From NCBI RefSeq assembly GCF_009914755.1, contig NC_060939.1: a stretch of 64,000 bases of DNA; one strand, 5' to 3'. Positions within the stretch are counted from its first letter, which is position 1. Every line of letters starts with the position of its first letter. This document shows, in pieces, positions 21,208-33,669 of the stretch. Source of the DNA: the human T2T-CHM13v2.0 reference genome, Homo sapiens. The position numbers were made by a program, and so were the translations under genes. Below the pieces are notes generated by a model. That model made no database searches. It was not told where the DNA came from and saw only the letters and a program-made list of their open reading frames with translations.

Positions 21208-23589
21208 ACAATGAGAACACTTGGACACAGGAAGGGGAACATCACACACTGGGGCCTGTTGTGGGGTGGGAGGAGGGGGGAGGGATAGCATTAGGAGATA
21301 TACCTAATGTTAAATGACGAGTTAATGGGTGCGGCACACCAACATGGCACATGTATACATATGTAACAACCCTGCACGTTGTGCACATGTACCCTAAAAC
21401 TTAAAGTATAACAAAAAAAAAGAAAAAGAAAAAAAACCTTATTGCTAGATATGTAAATATGTCTATAAAATTATGATCTAAATAACAAATGTTAAAACCT
21501 GTGTGAGACCTTCAATGCTGTACTTAATAAAGGAAATGTCTTAAAAAATGTGAGAGATTACCTACAAGTAGTAGAAATGAAAAAATTGATTCATAGGGTA
21601 CTGGATTACATCATGTGGTACTGAGGACATTAGTAGGAATTCATGTTTGACTTTATATACATATATATGATCAAATGTAGAAATATGTGTGCGTTTATAG
21701 ATACACATATGTTGTGTTTATATGTGTATGTGAGAGTTAGTATACACACATATATTCTATTGCCTTGTTGGATGACAGAGTAGAATCAACAGATCCCTAG
21801 TAGAAATGGGAACACACATAGACCAAATGTTTTTTTCTAATACCATGCACAAAAACAAGAAACTATGATTCCTTGAAAAATAGTATCTGGCATGTGCAGG
21901 GAAACAACACAATAAGCCTGGAACACTTTAAAGTGCTAGCAAGTAAAATCATGCTAATGAACAACAGAATCAACCAACCAAACAAACAAACAAAATCAAA
22001 CAGCAATCATGTTGGCAATTCCATATGGTACAGGATCCGACAGAAAGACCTTCCAATGACAAACCCTGAAACAATTTGAGCAGCAAAGTAAATAAATTAG
22101 TATAAGTATAGCTTACAATACTTATCTATAATTTTATATAATACCCCATATGATATAAATAATCGATTTAAAATATATAATAAATGATGGAGAACAGATA
22201 AATTGCCTGTGGAAAAGAAATGCAAATGATATTTCTGCAAGCACTGCCAATAAAATTTAAAGCTAATTCTTCACTTGTGAAGTATGTTTTGTACTTAGTG
22301 ACTTTAAAATAAAAGCACAACATGGAAAGGGGGAAATAGATATATTAATACGTATAACTGGTATAATGTCATCAGAGTGGCACATATCCTCTGTGGTCTT
22401 CCTCACCTAAACCCACACCAGTCGAATCATCAGAAAAACGTCAAATTCCAAATGTAGGTGTAAGTATCATGAAAAAAAAAAAAAACAAGGAAAATTTGAG
22501 AACCTGGCACAGTGGAGAAGAGCACAAGGAGACATGATATCTAAATATGTTGTGGTATCCTGGATGGAATCCTGGAACAGAAAATTGACATTAAGGCAAA
22601 AAATATACAATTAATGCGTGCACTTGTTAAATGAATGAAAATGTATAATAATGGTGTGATAATTGTGAAAAAATATCCCACATAGTAATGTAGAAAGTTA
22701 ATAAAGAAAACCCTGTGTTGGATAAATATACATACACTCTCTGTAGTGACTTCCAATGGTTCTGTAAACTTAAAACTATTCTAAAATAGAAAAAATGCAT
22801 TTTCTTTGTCTTAATCCACTGTCAAGATTAATAACCAAATATTGTATATATATTACTGATGCATCACATATGTTCCATCCTCTCTTTTACCGTGGTGAAT
22901 GTTACTATAACATTGAATTCGCTTTGTCATTCCCTCATTCTTATTATTTTCTATATTTGTATTTCTAAATAATATACTGTTCAGGTTTTTTGTCGTCAAA
23001 GTTAGATAAATATGTGTGTAAGTTAATGTGTAATCTTAGTCAAATTTTGAGAAAATTTAACACATCCATATTGTGTGATACAGGCTAAAAAATACTTTGT
23101 AAGTTCACAAGGGTCGACATCAACAAAATAAATAATGATGGGGAAACTGATGCATATTGGACAGAAACTGATGTGGCAGGTAGGTTCTAAGCTGCTTCCC
23201 AATGACCCACAACTCTAGATAATGCAAAACTCTTTTCTGATACTCTCCCTGTGAGGATTAGACTGCTATACCACATGTATAAACAAACAAAAAAAGGGGC
23301 AAAACAAGTGGAACAATGGCTTGTAAAACAGATTATATCAAACAATGAAGGACAGTGATATCTGAGACATACAAGACAGTGACATGAGCCCTACCAATTT
23401 CTCAAGACACTGCTTCGGGAGAGTTTCTGTCCTGTAGTGTGGCATGGACTTTTGAAGATACTCTGAGTTTTTGAGTTAAGAAGATGGAACTGAGAGTCAA
23501 GCACAAATTAGCTGAGTTTCATGAAGCCATTCTCCACATTCAGTGGTAAGAATGGGGGAGAGCATTCACGCCAGCATCCGTGCAGGCTG

Positions 23590-26500
23590 GGCTATTTATT
23601 TCTGCATAAATTATAACATACTAGATGGCTCAAAACCACATGCACACATTACAGTTTCTCTGGATCATTGAATTCAGATGTAGATCATTGCCAAGAATGA
23701 GGTCTTAAGTGTTCAACTGGGGAAGGATCCTCTTCCAAGCTCATGATTGTTGTTAGGAGTCAAGGCCCTGTACTGGTTGAGATGACTTCACTGGTGAACT
23801 ATTCAATCCTGAAAATAATTGGTAACAATCTATCACAAATTCTTAAAACTTAAAAACAACTTAAACAAAAATGACAGAAGTGGAGAAGAGATCACTTTCC
23901 AATGTATACTATTGGTGAATTTATATGATGCTAAAACTAAAATAAGACACTGCAAGGTAGAAAAATTAAGATCAATATGTTTTGTAACTATTGAAGCAAA
24001 TATTCTTAAGGAAGTGCCAGCAAAACAAGTCAGCAAATGTAAAAAGAATTATATACCATCACTAAGGGTATTTGGCTCAGAAATGCAAATTTGGTTCAAC
24101 ATATAAAATAATTAGTGTCATGCCCTTTATTAATAAAATCAAATACAAAAGCCATATGATCATCTCAAAAGATGCGGAATATTCACTTGAAAAATTCAAA
24201 ATCAATTTGTGATAACAATACAAAGCAAATTAAGCCTATGAGAAAACTTTCTTTACGTTAAAGGGCATTCATGAAAACCTCACATATCATCACAATTTAT
24301 CTGAAAGGCTCAAGTTTTTTCCACAAGATTAGAAACAAGACCAGGACCACTCTTGACACTTGTTGTCAACATTGTACAGGAGTATGTAAACAGGCTAAAT
24401 AGTCAATAAATATGAACACAAGATTTAATATTGCTAAGTGGCAATATTTTTCATATTCACATATAGATGTAATGCAATCTCTTTAAAAATAGGTGACTTT
24501 TTTTCTAACTTGACAAGCTGCTTCTAAAATTCATGTATTATGCAATACAGCCAGAAAATTTTCAAATGAAAAGCAGAGTTCACAAAGTAGACTCATGCAT
24601 TCGAATTTCAAAAGTTACTACAAAACAATCATAATCAAGATTTGTGGTACTAGTGTAAACATAGACTTACAGATAAAAGAAATATAATAGAACTGAATTC
24701 TAAAAATTACCCTTTTCCTTTATGGTGAAATGATTTTACAAGGTAGCTAAGTAAATTGAATATAGAAAATAGGTTTCCATCAAATGTTGCTAGGACAATT
24801 GAGTATCCAAAACAAATTGAACTTCTCTCTCACACCATACACATAATTGGACCAAAATGATCATATATCCAAATATAGGAGCTAAATATACCAGACCCAC
24901 AGAAGACAATATGGGAATACATATTTGTGGTCTTAGGTTGAACAATAATTTGTGATTTCTAAGGTATGACAGCTAAAGCCCAAAAAAGTTAAGTAAAAAA
25001 CATGAATATATTGAACTTCATAGAATTAAAATCTTTTGGAAATCAGAGTACATCATTAAAAGCAAAAAGATAACACAAAGTGTAGAAGAAAATCTTTGCA
25101 ATCTCATAGCAGAAAAGGGTCTATTATCTACAACATATAAAAATATTTTACAACTAAAAATAAATATCACAATCAGATTGGTAAATTACTTTAATAGCTG
25201 TATCTCCAAAGATACTATAGTCATGTCTAGTTACCACATGATGTGAGGCCTAAGTCTTCTGCCATTAGGAAAATGCAAATCTAAACAACCATGAAATACA
25301 CTTCACAAATCTAAAGGGCATATTGCAAAAAAACAAAGCAAATTTTAAAAGGCAAAATATGTGTGTGATTCTAGTTATGTGACACTCTGGAAAGTGAAAA
25401 AGCATAGAGACAATAAAATGTTTTGTATTTACCAGGGGCTTGGAAGAGAGGCAGGTCAAATTGGTGAGGCACAGCAGGTCTCCTCTGGGAAGTGAAATTA
25501 TTGTAGTATCATACTGTAATGATAAACACATGATTATATTTTACAAATCCTAAATAACTTTATAATACAAATAAGCAAATTAAAAATCTTATACAGTAGG
25601 TAGGAGATAGCATGGGGCTATGCATATAATGTGACTGTATAACATTATCAGTGAAATAACCTCACTGAAGGGAGTGGGGGAAAAGCAGCGGACCCAAGTA
25701 ACTTAGCAAACAAGTGAATATTCTGAGTCTAAAGGGTAAAGATTTATCCATAAGTACTTCAGTTGGTCAAGTATACATTTCCAGTTCTGAAACCACTATA
25801 CATGTCTTTTGGATTATGTGATTAAATAAAAGAACTATCCTTATCACTGTATACATGGTAAAATATACATATGTGTATGTATGTGCATATATATAAACTT
25901 ACATATATGTGTGTGTGCATATCCATATATGCATACGTATATATATGAATCAGTGTACGTAGATTTATTTGATCTGTCAGCAGGCAAGATCATGAATACA
26001 GATGCTACAGGAGTGATGAACACGTCCAGGCGCAGGTCTCCATTTGTAATTCAACTTTCCAATAAAAAGAACGAGGGAACTGTGGAAAAAAAAAAAAAAA
26101 AAAGGTTAATACCAGGCTTGCGCGGGAATCAGCACCATTAGCCTGAGCACCTAGTAATGCTAGAAAAAAAAAAAGCCAAACAACAATGCAAACAACTAAA
26201 CAACCACATAACAACATCAAAGCTTAATTATGGTGGTGTTTCAAAATTGACAGATGATCCAATAGCCAACACTGCAACAATTTAATCAAATAAATGAAGT
26301 AATAAAAGTAAAGGGTAAAATAAACACCTGTGTTTGGGGTCTGACATAAAAAATGACTGAATCAATATAATAATTATTAAAGGAGAATACATACATATTC
26401 AGTGTTCATGGTGAAAGTTCCAAATAACTTTGGTAGACATTCTACCCATAAAGTGGAGCATGTCTTCTTGGGTTTTTGTTTCAAGATGCCAGATTGGAGG

Positions 26501-28690
26501 CTTCGTTAGCACACCTCCCTGCTTCTAAACAGCAAAATAGTGTGCAGAGATTTACACTAAATTTGTATCCAACAAACACAGGAACTCAACAGAAAAAGTG
26601 AAAGAAACTTTGGATAATTTGAAAGGAGCAGCAGGCAGCAACTCGCACCATGTGTCAGATGGGAAACTGAGTCTTCAAAGTGCAAAAGGGGGAGACAGTC
26701 TCCATGATACACACTCTCACTGGGGAGCCAGGCAATCCAGTCCATGGGGAAGTGCCTTAACCCTACCCAGCGCTGGAGCTGACTTAGAGAGGTGGGGAGC
26801 ATGAAAGGAGTGGCACCTGGATGTGCTGCGTGTCTACTCTCAGACCACAGCAGGGACAGAAGAAGGATAATCCTGATACTAATTCATAGGGGAACCTTGT
26901 GGAAAACATCCAGGTAACCCAGGCAGTGGTCACACATTGTAAGAAGCTCCCAACTGACATGCGCAATCCAGTATTGAACAGGGGATGAACCCCCTATGAC
27001 CAGAACGCAAGCAGGAAGCATTCTTTTGCCAGGGTCACGGGAGCTGGGTATTCCTGCTTCACATGCCAAATCGAGGGGTGTGGCCTCAGAGCTACTGTTT
27101 CAGTTTCATTCTCCAGTGGGAAGTCTTGTGGTTTGTCTTCTGAGCCTGGACTGCCTGGAACTAGCTGGCTGTTGTGGCTTTTTGCCAGCAGAAGTCTGCA
27201 TGTGTGAGACCTGCTGTGTCAAGGTCGTGGGAACTGACCTGCCATTTGCTACCCTTCCCTGCATGTACAGACCCTCGTGAAGCAGAGCGTATTCTCTTTC
27301 TCCCTGGAACATTATCCTATCCCAGTGGCCAGGAAAGTAACCACCAATCCCCATTGGGCTGCTGCTTGTGCCCACACTCGAAAAGCCAGAGTGTGGACTT
27401 TCCTGACTCCCCACCCAGCTTTTCCCCTCTACCTACCCTAGTAGCAGAACAGGCATTCCTGTTCTGCTACCTGAGTACTTCCCCTGGGTAACAAAGGCTA
27501 AGCGTAAATCCCACCACCATGACTGCAGCTGGCTGTCTCCTGCAAGCACTGCACCCTTGCCCGAGGTCAAGAAATACAGTCCGTTACAACATCTGCTGGC
27601 ACTCTAACATGACAGTGGTATAAACTTAAACATATAGACCAATGGAACAGAATACAGAACCCAGAAATGAAGACTTACAATCAACTGATACTCAACAGAG
27701 TAGACAAAAACATACACTGAAGAGTGAACACCCTATACAATAAAAGGTACTGGGAAAATAAGATAGCCACACGCAGAAGAATGAAATTGGATCCTTTTCT
27801 GTCACCATATAAAAAAATCAACTAAGATGGATTAAAGACTTAAATGTGAGATGTGAAACCAGAAAGATTCTAGAAGAAAAACTAGAAAAAAAAGTCTTCT
27901 GGACATTGACCTGGGCAAAGAATGTTTGACTAAAACCCCCAAAGCAACAGCAACATAAAAAAAATAAATGGAATTAAACTAAAAGGTTTCTGCACAGCAA
28001 AGCAAATAATCAACAGAGTAAACAGACAACCTACAGAATGGGAGAAAAATATTTGAAAAGTACACATCCAACAAAGGACTAATCAAGAATCTACAAAAAA
28101 CACAAATCAGTAAGAAAAAAATGAATAATCCCATTAAAAAGTGAGAAAATGACATGAATAGATAGTTTTCAAAAGATACACAAATGGCCAACAAACACAG
28201 GAAAACATGTTCAACATGAATCAGCATCTGGGATGCAAATGAAAACCACAATGAGATACCACCCTACCCTATTCAGAATGGCTCTTATTAAAAAGTCAAT
28301 AAATGATAGATATTGGTGTGGATGAGGTGAGAAGGGAATGCTTATACACCCTTGGGTGGGGATCAGCCTCATTATGAGCGAAACATCAGAGAAATCCCAA
28401 ATTAGAAATGTCAATGGCATCAAAAACAAGGAAACTCTGAGAAACTTAAAGACATGATATCTAAATGTGATAACATATCCTGGATGAGATCCTAAAACAT
28501 AACATTAAGTGAGAACTAAGAAATCTGAATAAAGTGTGTATAGTACTTAATGATAATACATGGTATTAGTTGGTTAGTTTTGACAAATGTCCCACATTAA
28601 TGTACCAGATAAATAATATAAGAGGCACTGTGAGTGGAGTTTATGGAAACTGTCTACTACATTTGTAACTATTCTGCAAATGTATAACTC
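23590..28690 (+). mobile_element. Amplified unit copy (MLT1-like fragment plus L1MC), interrupted at about 26470-28360
   Basis: Collinear with 10850-13450; the 3' end at 28380-28690 matches 22430-22790. Confidence 0.7.
26470..28362 (+). mobile_element. Internally deleted L1PB/L1MA-like element (5'UTR fused to late ORF2)
   Basis: TTCAAGATG start and GC-richer 5'UTR to about 27610, then abrupt ORF2 3' sequence (CATATAGACCAATGGAACAGAATA). Confidence 0.65.
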
Positions 28691-28705
28691 TTCTTTTAAA
28701 AAATG

Positions 28706-28777
28706 TGTTTTTTGTTTGTTTGTTTTTTAAGACAGGGTCTCACTCTGTCACCCAGGCTGGAGTGTAGTGGCACGACC
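28706..28777 (-). mobile_element. Alu fragment
   Basis: GACAGGGTCTCACTCTGTCACCCAGGCTGGAGTG. Confidence 0.85.
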
Positions 28778-29206
28778 TATGATTATATGTAGATAATTGT
28801 TTTATATTACACGTATGATTTATATGAGATGGGAAATACAAGCAAAATACACTAACATTAAGTATCCTGAAACTTTATCTCATTCAGATCAAACTCTGAA
28901 TCACTTCTCAATACATCTTATCCAGGATTTTCCTTACATTATCAATATCTCTGCTAATCAGAAGCTTTGTTGATGCACATTTCTTAGTAGTATCCTGTAC
29001 TACTCTTGTGAGATTATTTTTTCAACCTGCTCATGGCCCCTTTGCAAGTTTCGATGCTGACAATATCACTGGAAGGTGACTATGGAATGTTTTTACACCA
29101 AGTTCATGTGTGTGCTAATAAGGGCAATCACAATTTGCTGTCTGGCCAAGAGTGTTTTCGGAGTATCAAGTTCTTTACGCATTCTATTTGAAAGATGTAA
29201 ATATGT

Positions 29207-29375
29207 GGGCTCATGCCTGTAATCCCAGCACTTTGGGAGGCCGAGGCAGGTGGATCAGTTGAGGTCAGGAGTTAGACCAGCTTGGCCAATATGTTGAAAC
29301 CCCATCTCTACCAAAAATGCAGAAATAAGCCGTATGTGATGGTGCACGCCTGTAAAAAAAGAAAACTCAGCTGAA

Positions 29376-29422
<47 letters not shown>
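29207..29422 (+). mobile_element. Truncated Alu with A-run and (AT)n tail
   Basis: Left monomer plus start of right arm, then A-run and (AT)n. Confidence 0.9.
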
Positions 29423-29426
<4 letters not shown>

Positions 29427-29704
29427 GATCAAATATTTTATAAGTCAGTGGATGGGAATAGATGGTTTTTTATAAAAATGTCCTAGAAAATTTAATATTC
29501 TTTGAGGGAAACTAAAACCTGATGTTTGACATCACATTACACATGAAGTCAATTCCAGGTGGATCATAGGCCAAAATATAAAAATATTTAAAACAGTATA
29601 TAACACAACTTAGGAAAGTATCTTCATGACCATAAAGCAGGGTAAGAGTCCTGCAACTACCCCTAGGAAGTATTTACCATGTATGGGAATACACATTGGA
29701 ACAT

Positions 29705-29890
29705 AGTGTATGTGAGCTAGGCCTCTGGAGACAGACTGAATCAAGGTCAGATTCTTCTACTTTTTCTTTCAGAGTGTTTGGATCAGATTCAGTGTTGGAC
29801 TATGGGAATGGTAATAGCGCCTACTTCTTGAATGTTGGCAGGATTGTATGAACTAATTACATTTAAAACACATAGCGTATGCTAGCTAGT
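29705..29890 (+). mobile_element. MIR-like SINE remnant
   Basis: GGCCTCTGGAGACAGACTG...ATGGGAATGGTAATAGCGCCTACTTC; inverted paralog at 52300-52470. Confidence 0.6.
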
Positions 29891-30264
29891 ATGACAACTT
29901 TTTCTAATTGTCAGATGTATTACTGAATCAACTGTAACATTTTATCATTATTTTATATATCAGAATGAAAAAATAAAAGCACTAACAGGTAATGAAACAA
30001 ATACTTATTATTTAACATTTTAGAAATCATGATGTCAGAATCACTTCAAGATTTTACAATTATTGGAAAAACCTCTTTTGAACTTACATTCATGTAGATA
30101 TTTGTCTTGTATCACTCCTATAATCACAGAACATAGAAGCAAAGGTATGCCTAAAATTTATTCAATTCAGAGCAAAGTCTTTGAAATCATTTTTACTTCA
30201 CTAATCCATGGTTAGTTATTCTGTGGTAGTCAGAAGCACTGGTGATCTGGTGATGCTGCATGTC

Positions 30265-30585
30265 TTTCTTTTTCTTTCTTTTTTTTTTTTTTTTTGAGAT
30301 GGTGTCTTTCTCTATTGCCCAGGCTGGAGTACAGTGTCGTGATATTGGCTGACTGCAGTCTCCAACTCCTGGGTTCAAGCAATTCTCTTGCCTCAGCCTT
30401 CCAAGTAGCTGACATTACAGGTGCATACTACCACACCTGGCTAATTTTTTTTTTTTTGTATTTTTAGTAGAGATGGGGTTTCACTATGTTTGGCCAGGCT
30501 GGTCTTGAACTCCTGGCCTCAAGTTATCTGCCCTCCTCGGCCTCCCAAAGTGCTGGGATTACAGGCATGAGCCACTGTCCCCAGC
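30265..30585 (-). mobile_element. Alu (S/J)
   Basis: Full dimer; TSD CTGCAT(G/T)TCTT. Confidence 0.95.
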
Positions 30586-31188
30586 CACTGCATTTCTTAT
30601 GGGAGTCCTGGACTACTCTTTGTGAGATTATCTTTCCAACCTTATCACACCTCCTCTGCAAGTTTGTTGATATTATCCAAAGATATCAATGGAAGATCCT
30701 TAGGCCAGGTTCATGTGTGTGTACGTGAGGACAGTTACATTATAACTGCCTTCTGGCCAATAGTGTCCTAACACTATCAAATGTAAAATGCTTCATCTCT
30801 ATTTGAAAGATGTGAAAATGTGCACTCTAGGATGAATGGAACGTACCATTTTTTCTCTGCGACTGCCCATTAATCATTGTTAAGTTAGGGTGGCACATCT
30901 GCTGTATTCTAGTCTATTATTGAGAAAACATGTATCAAAGCATTTTCACAAATTTAACCACCTCCATTTATATTCTTCCTAGCTATTAAAAATATCAGAT
31001 TCTTTTACTGGAGTATTGGAATTCCTATTGTCTGTATGGGGAAGTTGTTTTATATACCATGGTTCGTGAAATTCATTGAGAAACAAAATAGATATTTTGA
31101 AGAGTTAGTTATTTGAAAATAACTGGAGTGATAGTTTTTTAAAGACTTGGGAAAAGCTGTATATTTCACATTTCTTTCCTTATTCTAG

Positions 31189-31295
31189 AAATATGAGCAA
31201 TGTTTTGCTACAATCTGCAATAGAAATTCAATGCTTTCATCCGTAACATATGTTTCATATTTCTTCCTCATGCTGATCCTTTAATCACATAGCAG
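31189..31295 (+). other. Candidate 107-nt non-coding exon
   Basis: Acceptor tttctttccttattctAG (31187-31188) and donor CAG|GTAATT (31296). Signals only; no expression evidence. Confidence 0.25.
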
Positions 31296-31974
31296 GTAAT
31301 TACACAAATTACCTTATGATCAGTCACTGTGAACTAGGTGATCCTATGGTCTTTATAAAATATTTTGTTCTGCCCCCTTACTACTCTGGTTAACTCCACT
31401 TTGGGGCTATTGAATATAGGAATAACTTTTGGTGTTCCCTCATGAATGTATTGACTGAGAAGGAAACATGCAGTTTAGGATTAAGTGATAAACCCTTAGA
31501 GTTTACAATGTAGGATGTTGACTGAAAGTTTACCTAGAGAAGTGCACTCCAGGAATTATGAATTACGTGAACATGCAGTTATCATCTCAAATATACAGGC
31601 CATTCATTCACTGAACACTAACTTCTGATAAGGGTAGAGTTTTGGGTAATTGCTTCATGATGTGGTCTGAGAATCTGGCTTGTTTTCATGACAGCTTCTT
31701 GAAAAGGCAAGCTACTAGTAAATCTGGTGGTTTAATATACTGCGGAAAATCATACCTTCCTTTCTACTGGGGAGTTTGGTGCTTTGCTTCACTGTACTTT
31801 GTCATCTGTGCATGTGGCATCATATTAGTACAGTTTTGTTTACTGCCTGCTTTTTTAAAATTCTGACCTTTATAATTTAATTGATCCTGATTTGCCACAT
31901 TTAAATGCATCCCTTCCATCTAGATCTACTAGTGTCTCACTTATGGACTGCCTGGTTTTTTTTTTTTATCCTAG

Positions 31975-31980
31975 ATTCAG
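31975..31980 (+). other. Candidate 6-nt micro-exon (ATTCAG) or recursive splice site
   Basis: CTCAC branch-like motif, T12 tract, cTAG|ATTCAG|GTGAGT. Confidence 0.3.
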
Positions 31981-32105
31981 GTGAGTCACTGTATTTGCAG
32001 TCTACATCATGATACATTAGAATAGATGCATGTAATTGAAGAGGGAAGGAGGATTTGACTTGTCAGGTACCTCTTATACAATATCCAGTTAAAACTAAAT
32101 AAATG

Positions 32106-32332
32106 GAACAATGAGAACACATGGACACAGGAAGGGGAACATCACACTCTGGGGACTGTTGTGTGGTGGGGGGAGGGGGGAGGGATAGCATTGGGAGATA
32201 TACCTAATGCTAGATGACGAGTTAGTGGGTGCAGCGCACCAGCATGGCACATGTATACATATGTAACTAACTTGCACATTGTGCACATGTACCCTAAAAC
32301 TTAAAGTATAATAATAATAAATTAAAAAAAAA
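32106..32332 (+). mobile_element. 5'-truncated L1PA2/3 3' end
   Basis: GCTAGATGACGAGTTAGTGGGTGCAGCGCACCAGC; TSD AAATAAATGGAA. Confidence 0.92.
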
Positions 32333-32571
32333 TAAATGGAATAACCCTTGATATGTTAAGATGTGGAATTTAAATGAGGCTGTCATGTCTTAATGAGTGA
32401 AGTATGAATATGAAGTTACAATCTTTCTTCAGTAACAAATGCTCACATAACTGCACCTAAATAACTGTTATCCTGATTTACAGTTGAGGTTTGTGGTCCA
32501 GATCAGCTTTCTCTCTTACTCCAGGTCACAGAAACTCATTTTCTCACTGAAACTATGTGAAACTTTGTGGT

Positions 32572-33370
32572 ATGGAGAATATAACCCATGATATTAAACA
32601 TAAAACAAGATACTTGACTTTGTGGATACTAGGAGTAGAGTGTACAGTATGGTTTGTAAGCTTTGTAGTCTTTGCAAACATGGTTTCTGGAGACAGTGCT
32701 GCTGCTACCCAACAGAGTGCTGTGGTCTGTGACAGGGCATCCTGTGGGGAATGAGTGGTCAACATCTCTGTTGTAATGTGGAACATACACGGAATCATCA
32801 GTCATCCTGTGTTCATCTTTTGGATCACTGCATGGTGAAGTTGGGATATGTTGTAACCGGTCTGTTCTTTTTTCTGTTCGTATGGCACTTTCTCCACCTA
32901 TGCACAGTATATGTATATCACTCACTAGCCTTTACCTGGAAAACACCTGGTAGAGATGTATGTCTAGGTCTTTGTAAGCAAGGACTAACCTAAACCACCA
33001 TAGTTGTAAGCTTTTATGTTGTATCTGCATGGCCATACCTATTCTGTGGATTTTTTTCGTGTTAGCAATGGGTAATATAATTCTACAGTGTAAGTGTCAA
33101 CAGAATAAATGGTTCTAGAGAATTCATCATGGAGACCTTAGAATGAAAAGAAATTATGGAAGGGTTTTTTTTTCCCCAAAAAAATCTTGAAGGTAAAGTT
33201 ATTTTTTGATCACTCAAAGAAGGAATCCCTGTCCCAAGGAAATGCTCTTCTGAGTGCTGAAGTAAGATTTCAATTCTGTGACACTAGACTTTCTCAATTT
33301 TGGCACCAAATGTCCAGAAGTTATGTCTTCCAAAAAGGCTTTAGTGAAATTCTGCAGACACATTTCTGAA
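32572..33370 (+). pseudogene. Candidate heavily decayed FPR-like class A GPCR pseudogene
   Basis: Ordered motifs across frames: MENIT, YLTLWIL..N, NMVSGD, GE(W>stop), HPV..DHCMVKL (cf. HPVWxQNHRTVSL), KQGL, WPY, TLDFLN..P..YVFQKGFSEIL (cf. [25 protein letters not shown]). Splice acceptor at 32523-32524. Confidence 0.45.
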
Positions 33371-33669
33371 CAATATGTGAAAATGGAGGTTGTGGGGATG
33401 AGTGAAGCACAGGCACCAATCTATGAAGCAGTGCTTACTCCTTACTGGGTAGTGAAGAATATGACGGTGAATGTAGAAATGAATGAGAGAGTCCTTGGAG
33501 ACTGTTGGTGTTGTACTGAAGTAGGTGCATGTGTATATGGAATGTTGGATAGATAAGGAAAGCTGTTCAGCTATTCTCTCCCTACATATCCATCTCCTGA
33601 GGAGTAGGTGTTCTGCTTATGTCCTCCATTGTTTTTGTTTTCTTCTTGGACCAAAGTAATACTATGGAA

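Noticed and set aside
32553-32925. Minus-strand reading with a faint olfactory-receptor or V1R flavour (SFPTGC..., LISWVIFSI)
   Set aside because: No PMYFFL, MAYDRY or KAFSTC motif; the + strand gives more ordered GPCR motif matches.
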